From Caecitellus pseudoparvulus (taxonomy: Eukaryota; Protista; Bigyra: Bicosoecida): a DNA stretch of 64,000 bases. Position 1 is the stretch's first letter; each line of letters opens with the position of its first letter. The notes beneath the pieces are model-generated. The model was given only the letters and a program-made list of their open reading frames with translations. It had not been told where the DNA came from and made no database searches. The stretch is taken from NCBI GenBank assembly GCA_965644315.1, contig CBFFRQ010000081.1, positions 372,001 to 436,000 on the forward strand, written 5' to 3'. Positions 11,996 to 20,804 of this stretch are shown here, piece by piece. The translations under genes were made by a program, and so were the position numbers.

Positions 11996-12000
11996 CTGGC

Positions 12001-12781
12001 GGGCAGTCGGGGCGTGGACGGGGAGGGCTACGCCTCCACGGCACCTGTGGCGCCCACCGAAGAGTGGACCCCCGCCAGCACCCGCCTGCAGAGCAACACG
12101 TCCCTGGCACAGTACGCCGCACAGGGCGACGGGCGGCGCCCAGGAGACAGCTCCCCAGCATCCGGCACCACACAGCGCCCCTTCGCAGGCATGCTGACAG
12201 GGCGGGCACTGCCACCTGTGCCAGTGGACGCGTCGGGCGCCCCCCCTGTGCCCCCCCGACACACAGCCCCCACACCAGCACCAGCGACCACTGATGGCGC
12301 CGACACACCCCCGCCAGTGCCGGCACGGCGTCGAGGTGGCGGCGCCCCCCCAACACAGCAGCAAGGCTTGACCGCCAGCCAAGTGAAGGAGATCCGTGCG
12401 CTGAAGGAGCTGGAGGACTCACACACCACGCCAGACGGTGCCGTGAACGTCCGGGCTCTGGTGGGCAAGTGGGCGGGTGGCGGCGGCGGTGCCTCACGGG
12501 CTGTGAGGGTGAAACGCACCAGTGGAGTGGGCATGCTCCCCAGCATGGTGTCTGACGCCAAGGCCGCCCAAGGCCCCATCTCCAGCTCCAAGCGCCCCTC
12601 CTGGATGGCCATGCGCAAGGGCGGGGGTGCCAGCCTGGCAGGCAGCAGTGACGCCTCGACAGGTGCCAGGGCCGGCGGGGGCGTCACTCCTACACGCCCG
12701 CCTCGGCGCAGCAAGGTGGGCACTGCGCAGGGCGCCAAGGTGAGCGCGCTGCTGGCGAAGTTCGAGGGCGCGAAGCGGTAA
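12001..12781 (+). pseudogene. Duplicated 3' fragment of the RhoGEF last exon (longest copy, frame open)
   Basis: Near-identical to 5329-6108. The 3' flank matches to about 12950. First in-frame ATG at 12191. Confidence 0.85.
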
Positions 12782-13134
12782 GCAGCCTGGAGCTTGCACC
12801 GTGGGGCGCGTGGGGACAATGCAGTGATTGGGCGGGTGTCAGGTCGTGCATGGGGCTGGGCGGTGGCGAGGGGGGGCGCCACGGCGTGGGTGGCACTGTA
12901 CGCGTCATGGGTCATGTGCCTGAGCTGTGGGCAAGGAGGAGTGAGGTCCAGCCTGTGCTGCTGCTTTGGCAGGTGCGACATACTCATGGCTGAGACAATA
13001 TCAACGCTCCCTTCACCTTGTTACACTTAATATAGGAACTTAGCTTCTTGTGCGATTCTGTGCTGTGCCACTTGTGCTGTTGTGCAGGTGGGTTGGTTGG
13101 CGAGAGTGGATGCGGAATCTGGCTCCACCACGCC

Positions 13135-13956
13135 ATGGCTGCTGAGGTCGACAAGCAGGCAGTTGTGGGGCAATGGCGGGCAGCCTGTGCTGCTAGGAAG
13201 CCAGATGTACTGCTGAGCATGCTGGAGGGGCGTGGCGGTGGTGTGGGTGCGGAGGTGGGAGAGTTGTCGAGTGCTGATACCACTGCTGGCTTTGTGGTTG
13301 CTTGCAAAACAGGGCATGTTGGCTTGCTGAGTCGATTGCTCGCATTGGAGGGTGATCAAGCCGTGGATGTGCACGCCGAGGATCGGTATGATCCTGAGGT
13401 TGGCTTTCGACATGCCTGTCGCAACGGGCACATTGATGTGGTGCGAGAGCTGCTGGCGCTGACTGGTGCTCGAGAGGTGGATGTACATGCTGGGCCTGAG
13501 GGCAGTCCTGAGTATGCCTTCGTAGTTGCTTGTCAGAAAGGACACATTGATGTGGTACGCGAGCTGCTGTCTTTGACTGGTGCTCGTGAGGTGGATGTAC
13601 ATGCTGGGCCTAAGGGCTGGCCTGAGGCTGCCTTCCTGGCCGCTTGTTGGAAGGGGCATTTGGATGTGCTGCGGGAGCTTTTGGCATTGAGCGGGCATCG
13701 TGAGGTGGATGTGCATGCTGGGCCTGAGGGCACACCTGAGTTTGGCTTCGTGGCCGCTTGTTGGACGGGGCATTTGGATGTGCTGCGGGAGCTGCTAGGC
13801 CTCACTGGCCATCGGGCCATCCCCCTGCACACACGCCTTGCAGCGGGAACAGCAGCTGTGCAACCTGCCAAAGATGCCGCCTGGCACGGCACCAGCACTC
13901 GACATGGGCGGCGTACCATGGTGCTGCTGCGTGCTGGCCGGACAGCAAGGAAGTGA
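13135..13956 (+). CDS. Ankyrin-like repeat protein ANK-3 (273 aa, 5 units), intronless
   Basis: The N-terminal part is nearly identical to ANK-4. The last two units, tail and downstream flank are nearly identical to ANK-1. Confidence 0.9.
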   Translation: MAAEVDKQAVVGQWRAACAARKPDVLLSMLEGRGGGVGAEVGELSSADTTAGFVVACKTGHVGLLSRLLALEGDQAVDVHAEDRYDPEVGFRHACRNGHIDVVRELLALTGAREVDVHAGPEGSPEYAFVVACQKGHIDVVRELLSLTGAREVDVHAGPKGWPEAAFLAACWKGHLDVLRELLALSGHREVDVHAGPEGTPEFGFVAACWTGHLDVLRELLGLTGHRAIPLHTRLAAGTAAVQPAKDAAWHGTSTRHGRRTMVLLRAGRTARK

Positions 13957-14134
13957 CAGCAACTGTAGGCCGACTCAGTCCTGGCGTCTCCAGCTAGGAA
14001 GGCTCCACGCTGTGAGTGAGTGAGGCGACTCAGGTGAGGGCTCCACGTGACACTGCTCCCATCGCATCGACCAGACACGGTGCAGTCGCGCGCACTGTGC
14101 TGCGGGCTTGGACTGGGTCGTGCTCTTGGACGAC

Positions 14135-14220
14135 ACCCCCCACGACAGCCTCGATGGTGGGTGACCCTGCCTCCAACGCGTCGACTGCGTGCGGCAGCCG
14201 CGGTATCATCAGCTCAGTCT
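14135..14220 (-). pseudogene. Second copy of the diverged CSN6 exon remnant
   Basis: Almost identical to 8613-8698 (offset 5522). Confidence 0.75.
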
Positions 14221-14221
14221 G

Positions 14222-14791
14222 ATGGGCAGTGTGGGGGATGCGTCTGGCGCCCCCCCTGTGCCCCCCCGACACACAGCCCCCACACCAGCACCAGCGACCA
14301 CTGATGGCGCCGACACACCCCCGCCAGTGCCGGCACGGCGTCGAGGTGGCGGCGCCCCCCCAACACAGCAGCAAGGCTTGACCGCCAGCCAAGTGAAGGA
14401 GATCCGTGCGCTGAAGGAGCTGGAGGACTCACACACCACGCCAGACGGCGCCGTGAACGTCCGGGCTCTGGTGGGCAAGTGGGCGGGTGGCGGCGGCGGT
14501 GCCTCACGGGCTGTGAGGGTGAAACGCACCAGTGGAGTGGGCATGCTCCCCAGCATGGTGTCCGACGCCAAGGCCGCCCAAGGCCCCATCTCCAGCTCCA
14601 AGCGCCCCTCCTGGATGGCCATGCGCAAGGGCGGAGGTGCCAGCCTGGCAGGCAGCAGTGACGCCACGACAGGTGCCAGGGCCGGCGGGGGCGTCACTCC
14701 CACACGCCCGCCTCGGCGCAGCAAGGTGGGCACTGCGCAGGGCGCCAAGGTGAGCGCGCTGCTGGCGAAGTTCGAGGGCGCGAAGCGGTAA
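14222..14791 (+). pseudogene. Duplicated 3' fragment of the RhoGEF last exon (open frame, junction ATG)
   Basis: Near-identical to 8700-9269 and 5551-6108. The flank matches to about 14970. Confidence 0.8.
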
Positions 14792-15156
14792 GCAGCCTGG
14801 AGCTTGCACCGTGGGGCGTGTGGGGACAATACAGTGATTGGGCGGGTGGCTGGTCGTGCATGGGGCTGGGCGGTGGAGGTGGTGGCGAGGGGGGGCGCCA
14901 CGGCGTGGGTGGCACTGTACGCGTCATGGGTCATGTGCCTGAGCTGTGGGCAAGGAGGCGTGAGGTCCAGGCTGTGCTGCTGCTTTGGCAGGCGGGACAT
15001 ACTCGTGGCTGAGACAATATCAACACCCCCCTTCACCTCACTGCACTTGGGATTGGAACCCAGCTTGTTGTGTGCTTCTTTGCTGTGCCACTTGTGCTGT
15101 TGTGCAGGTGGGTTGGTTGGCGAAAGCAGTTGCGCCATTTGCAACACCACCACGCC

Positions 15157-16778
15157 ATGGCTGCTGACAGCGACAGGCAGGCAGTGGTGGCAGGATGGCG
15201 GGCAGCCTGTGCTGCTAGGAAGCCAGATGTACTGCTGAGCATGCTGGAGGGGCGTGGCGGTGGTGTGGGTGCGGAGGCGGGTGGGTTGTCGAGTGGTCAC
15301 ACAACTGCTGGCTTTGTGGTTGCTTGCCAAACAGGGCATGTTGGCTTGCTGAGTCGATTGCTCGCATTGGAGGGTGATCAAGCCGTGGATGTGCACGCCG
15401 AGGATCGGTATGATCCTGAGGTTGGCTTTCGACACGCCTGTCGCAACGGGCACATTGATGTGGTGCGGGAGCTGCTGGCGCTGAGTGGGCATCGCGAGGT
15501 GGATGTACATGCTGGCCCGATGGATAAGTCGGAGGATGGATTTCGAGCTGCCTGCGAAGAAGGACACGTTGATGTGGTACGGGAGCTGCTGTTGCTGAGT
15601 GGACATCGGGAGGTGGATGTGCATGCTGGACTGATGGCAAGCCTGAGGCTGGCTTCAGACACGCTTGTCATTTCGGGCACATTGACGTGGTGCGAGAGCT
15701 GCTGGCTCTGACAGGGCATCGTGAGGTAGATGTGCATGCGGGGCCTGAGGGTGGGCCTGAGGCTTGCTTCCGAGCTGCCTGTCAGAACGGGCACCAGGAT
15801 GTGGTGCGAGAGCTGCTGGCTCTGACAGGGCATCGTGAGGTGGATGTGCATGCTGGAGATCCGAACGGTCCTGAGGCTGGCTTCCAGCTTGCTTGTCAGA
15901 ATGGCCACATTGGTGTGGTGCGGGAGCTGCTGGGGCTGAGCGGGCATCGTGAGGTGGATGTGCATGCTGGAGATCCGAACGGTCCTGAGGCTGCCTTCCA
16001 GCTTGCTTGTCAGAATGGCCACATTGATGTGGTGCGAGAGCTGCTGGCTCTGACAGGGCATCGTGAGGTGGATGTGCATGCTGGAGATCCGAACAGTCCT
16101 GAGGCTGCCTTCCAGCTTGCTTGTCAGAACGGGCACATTGGTGTGGTGCGGGAGCTGCTGGCTCTGACAGGGCATCGTGAGGTGGATGTGCATGCTGGAG
16201 ATCCGAACGGTCCTGAGGCTGCCTTCCAGCTTGCTTGTCAGAATGGCCACATTGGTGTGGTGCGAGAGCTGCTGGCTCTGACAGGGCATCGTGAGGTGGA
16301 TGTGCATGCTGGAGATCCGAACGGTCCTGAGGCTGCCTTCCAGCTTGCTTGTCAGAATGGCCACATTGGTGTGGTGCGAGAGCTGCTGGCTCTGACAGGG
16401 CATCGTGAGGTGGATGTGCATGCTGGAGATCCGAACGGTCCTGAGGCTGCCTTCCAGCTTGCTTGTCAGAATGGGCACATTGATGTGGTGCGAGAGCTGC
16501 TGGCGCTGACCGGGTATCGTGAGGTAGACGTGCATGCTGCTGACAGGTGGGGTGAGCCTGATGATGTCTTCCGGCACGCCTGTCGCTTTACACAGGTGAA
16601 TGTCGTGCGTGAGCTGCTAGGCCTCACTGGCCATCGGGCCATCCCCTTGCACACACGACTTGCAGCGGGAGAGACTGCTGTGCAACCTGCCAAGGATGCC
16701 GCCTGGCACGGCACCAGCACTCGACGTGGGCGGCGTGGCATGCTGCTGCTGTGGGCTGACCAGGAGAGACGGAAGTGA
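15157..16778 (+). pseudogene. Ankyrin-like repeat gene ANK-4 (12 units) with a 1-bp frameshift
   Basis: Split into ORFs 15157-15711 and 15687-16778. At 15628-15635 the sequence is ggactgat where the repeat pattern predicts ggacctgat (GPDGKPE). This is either a pseudogene or a sequencing error. Confidence 0.8.
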
Positions 16779-16952
16779 CAGCGACCACGGTCTGGCTTCG
16801 AGAGTCAAGGCCGGACTGGATCGGCCCCCAACTGCGGTGTGCTGCACACCAAGTGCCCCACTGCAGGCGCCTCCGCATGCGACCTGCACAAACAATGCAG
16901 TGACTGGGCGCTTGCCGCCGAGGGCAGGACACGATCTGTGCATTGCCAGACG

Positions 16953-18196
16953 TCAGTGAAACGCCGACGGCCCACCCGACGCCAACCTCGCCGCACTGCT
17001 CGACTGCAACGCCAGCCCTAGCTTGTCAAATGCTGTGTTAGCCGTGTCCACAGCCCTCGTCATGGCTGATAGCATGGCGATGACCTGGCTGTCTGTCACT
17101 TCCTCTGTGAACGCCGTGTGGAAGGCGGCGCTGTCTGCCGCCGGCAACTGGTTCCCCACCGCCCTGCATAGGCGCAGCAACTCCCGGTCACCCTCCACGC
17201 GCCCCTCCTTCACCGCCCGCACATACTCCCGCACGATGTGCATGCGCTCACGTGCGATGCGTACCGCCTTCAGGGAGCCTTCCAGGTGGGGGTTCACGTC
17301 GGAGTCAGTCTCCCCGCGGCGCTGCCCTGCCCCCACGACGGCCTCGATAGTGAGTGACTCTGCCTCCAGTGCGTCAACCTTGTACGGCACCGGGATCCAC
17401 GACTCAGCCTGGTGCGCGGTTGGGGAACGGGTGTGTGGGAAGGCACGTTGGCAGGTTTCGTGTGCAGTGCCCACGCACCCCAGACACGAACTCCGACATG
17501 AACAACGCAATGGGCAGGTCCTTGGCAGTATCCACTGTGGCAGGTGCAGCGTCCAGGCACAGGAACAGGGGCGCCTCTGTCATTGCCTTGACCTGCGAGA
17601 AAGGAGGAGGAGCACAGGCGTGGGAGGGATGGCCAGGCAAGGCGAAGCTGCTGCCGGCGCACCTGGGAGTGGAAGGCGAAGTCTTCTTCCGAGGGCCTTC
17701 CGTTGGGGCAGACAGCATACCATCCAAGCACTTCGTAGGTTGGGTACACATCAGCGACTGCGACGGCGTGGGCGTCGAGGGTGCCGCGCAGCGGTTTGGC
17801 GTGGTGCGGAGCGGCGGTTCTGCCTGCTGCCATGAGGCCGGCGCGCCTCACCGATTTCCACGTGTTTCTTGGTCAGAGGCAAGTTGAACCCCGCCTTGCC
17901 TTCCTCCAGGCTCACCAGTGAGTCTGCTGTGAGGATGATGTCCACGCTGTCCTCGCTCTGCGTGCCAAACAACACGCCAGCTGCCCGGGTGTGGCCTGGA
18001 GCCTGCCCTGCCTGCAGCCGTGTGTGGTGATCTGCCACGCCCAGCAGCGCCATCTGTGGTGCAAGGAAGGCAGCGAGGTGCGTTGGATGCCTGGTTGCCG
18101 CTGGCGGGGTGCTGCACGCACAGGGTGCAAGGACACAGCCTGGGCTGTGCCTGCTGCGCCAGTGTCGTCCGGTGACACTTTGCTCTCGCTTGCCAT
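16953..18196 (-). CDS. COPS6: COP9 signalosome subunit 6 (MPN domain)
   Basis: Exons 18196-18122, 18053-17852, 17757-17663, 17592-17479, 17408-16953. Motifs VSLHPMALLGVADHHTR, GVLFGTQ, VYPTYEVLGWY, DLPIALFMSE, HLEGSLKAVR, LLRLCRAVGNQLPA. Confidence 0.85.
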
Positions 18197-18342
18197 GGTG
18201 ACTGCAGAGTCGTCGTTCGGGTGTCCAAGAGGAGAAACCCGCAACACAAGCGGTGGAAGTGTCCGGCTTCCAGCTTGAGCGTGTTCGGTGTTTCCGATTC
18301 ATTAGGAATTAGCCAGGACAGCGCGCTGGCGCACGCTGCGTT

Positions 18343-19356
18343 TCAAGGGGCAACGCTGGTGCCGCTTTCTCGCAGGTCGGTGGGGGACACCAGCTCCAGG
18401 TCCCCGCACTCCTCCTCAGAGACAACACTGCCAGTGTCTAAGATGAGGCCACCCCCCTCCTCCTCCTGGGAGCCACCCACTGTGGGCAGGTGGCCAAAGC
18501 CGTCCCCTGGCGGACTGGCCCTGCGTCGCCAGCGCAAGAACAGCACTGCTGGCAAGGACCAGCCAACAACTGCCACCGCCCACGCGGCAGCAGCGGCCCA
18601 TGCAATGCCAATTTGGGGTTGCAGTGCCCCAAACAGCGTCGCATACGCCGACACACTGCCTCCTCCCAACACCATGGGCCCAACAGCGCCAAGCGTCACG
18701 CCCTGGCCCTGTGACACCCACAGTGCGACCATGGTCGTGGCGAAGATCGCGGGAAAGGTCGACAGCAAGCCCCCCAGCGTGACAGACGCCTGTGTCGCCA
18801 GCACAGACACGGTGATGGCTGCGCCTGCGAAGAGCCCCCGGCTGGCCAGCGTGCAGGGTTTGACGGGGTTGCTGCCTGGGGGCGCGGGCGGCAACACCCA
18901 GCAAGCAGCCATACCCGCGACGGCGGTAAGGGCCATGCCACCCACGCCCAGGCTGCGCAGGGCCAGTAGGCCGCCGGCCGCTGCGACGGCAGAGGTGAGG
19001 GCCAGGGCGGCGGCGGCGAGGAGGAGCCAGGTAAGGGTGGTGAGCAGCAGGATGAGGGGGAGGTGTGTGCTGGCGGGCCACGAGGGCGGGATGCAAGCGG
19101 GGATGTACCTCCACTGCAGCAGGTACAGGCCGTCCATGGCCATGCCGATGGGCACTGTCGCCATGGCCGCCTGCACTTGCTGGGAGGAGGTGGAGGCCAG
19201 CGCGATGCCGATGGAGGCTGGGATGATGGTGCTGGGGGTAGTACCGAGCACACCGCCAATGAGGCCGCCTGTGCGCTCAATGGCCACTGTGACCAGTATG
19301 GCGACAGTGCCTGCGATGAGGCCTGACAGCAGCGCGGTGCTCCAGTTTCCGTCCAT
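18343..19356 (-). CDS. Multi-pass membrane protein with a two-fold internal repeat, unknown function
   Basis: Intronless ORF with about 8-10 hydrophobic segments. Repeated GGLIGGVLGTTPST / LGGLLSTFPAI motif and an acidic tail. Confidence 0.7.
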   Translation of the reverse strand: MDGNWSTALLSGLIAGTVAILVTVAIERTGGLIGGVLGTTPSTIIPASIGIALASTSSQQVQAAMATVPIGMAMDGLYLLQWRYIPACIPPSWPASTHLPLILLLTTLTWLLLAAAALALTSAVAAAGGLLALRSLGVGGMALTAVAGMAACWVLPPAPPGSNPVKPCTLASRGLFAGAAITVSVLATQASVTLGGLLSTFPAIFATTMVALWVSQGQGVTLGAVGPMVLGGGSVSAYATLFGALQPQIGIAWAAAAAWAVAVVGWSLPAVLFLRWRRRASPPGDGFGHLPTVGGSQEEEGGGLILDTGSVVSEEECGDLELVSPTDLRESGTSVAP

Positions 19357-19755
19357 GCCACTGTTGGTTTGGTTCAATTTCCGCAGAATGCCCTGTGGCG
19401 CCGCCCCCGACGCCCTGTCGCTGCTCAGAGCGGATCAAGGCAGAACGTAGGCTTCGTAAAGCGGTGTTCTAGTGAAAGTTCTTTGATTGATCACATTCAG
19501 GGGTGGCCCGATGACTCTCCCTGCCCGCTGAGAGGAGGTTCAGGGCCTCGCCCAATTCGCCAACAAGGCCGCCTTCTCAGGGGGGGGGTGGCCGTGCACG
19601 GTGCACCACTGTAGTCAATAAAATTCTAGCTAAGAGGGAAAGTTTTCGTTTCTGAGCTCTTGCGCAGCTTTGCCACTGCTGCTCAAGGTGGGCACGCCTC
19701 GAGACGCAGCGCCCCTCGCCCAAGCTCCGCCTGTTCACATCACCCGCACGCCAGC

Positions 19756-20680
19756 ATGGCTGGGAGGGTGGCCGCCATGGCTGCGCCCTGCCGGGAACCG
19801 TTCAAGCGTGGCCAGCGTGGTTTGTTCGCTGGCAAGCGCATTCGCTTCGGCAACAACGTGTCACACTCTGAGCGCAAGTGCGTTGAGGCTGGGGCGCGGA
19901 AATAGGCCACCCCCTGCATGCGAGGGCGGCTGCCGCTCCCCGCTGGCTGCACTGCCGTGCGCACCCGCCTTTTGCAGGACCCGGAGGTCATGGAAGCCCA
20001 ATGCACAGGGTGTGTCTCTGTGGAGTGACATCCTGGGGGAGAAAGTGCCGCTGCGTGCGTCCACCACCGCCCTGCGCTGGGTGGACAAGGCTGGCGGCCT
20101 GGACAACTACATCCTGTACACCCCTGAGCGCAAGCTGCAGTCCAAGTATGCCGTGCAGCTGAAGCAGCGCTTGGTGGCTGTGCGCGCTGAGAAGCGCCGC
20201 GTCGCAGCGGCAGGGGCTGCCACGTCACCGAGTCAAGCGGCGGCCGTGGACCGCGCAGCCATCCTGGCGGCCGACGATGCCGCCTTCCCTGGCAGCTTGT
20301 GGGAGGACCAGGTCCAGGAGGGTGAGCTGCCACCACTGCGTGTGTCCAAGCCCACGACGCACCACGTGGACTTGCCGCCCGATGTGCACGCCCAGCAACG
20401 CGCCGAGGCTGGCGTGCAGGACACCTGGCGAAACGCATGGGAGGAAGCAGAGGCGGCAGGTGCGGGGGAGCCAGATGCCGAGCAGGCAGCGCACATCAAG
20501 CGTGCAGATGGCTGGTACAGGTGGGTGGTGCCGTCGGGGCGGGTGATGCTGCTGACTGCAGAGCAGTACGCTGTGCGGGCAGCGGCAGCAGCAGCGCTGA
20601 AGCGCAAGCGCATTCCGGTCCTGGGGTCGCCCTTGCGCCCTGCTGTCCCAGATGTAGTGCAGTTTGGTGAGGAGCGGTGA
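19756..20680 (+). CDS. MRPL28: Mitochondrial ribosomal protein bL28m with a C-terminal extension
   Basis: Exons 19756-19877 and 19978-20680. RGLFAGKRIRFGNNVSHSERKTRRSWKPN..LWSDIL..ALRWVDKAGGLDNYIL. Confidence 0.88.
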
Positions 20681-20804
20681 GGGTGCGGCTTGGGACGGCA
20701 TTTGCCGAGCACAAGTGTCCCGTCCGGATCACAAACGAATGCACTGCACAAATCCGTGATGCACCCAACTGTTCTACTGAACATCCCTACTAGCGGATTC
20801 ATCC

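Larger units (their letters stand above)
5329..17410. repeat. Tandem segmental duplication, four units of [RhoGEF 3' end + ankyrin-like gene + CSN6 3' piece]
   Basis: The RhoGEF stop context AKFEGAKR* recurs at 6108, 9269, 12781 and 14791, each followed by an ankyrin-like gene. CSN6 last-exon sequence recurs at 11383-11998 (nearly intact) and as remnants at 8613-8698 and 14135-14220. Confidence 0.95.

Noticed and set aside
6473-16778. Diversity-generating retroelement
   Set aside because: No reverse transcriptase in the window, no template/variable repeat pair, and the differences are not adenine-specific.
5329-17410. Helitron or Pack-type transposon capturing host fragments
   Set aside because: No transposase, RepHel, terminal inverted repeats or target-site duplication seen. 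The captured pieces come from the two immediately flanking genes, which fits tandem duplication.
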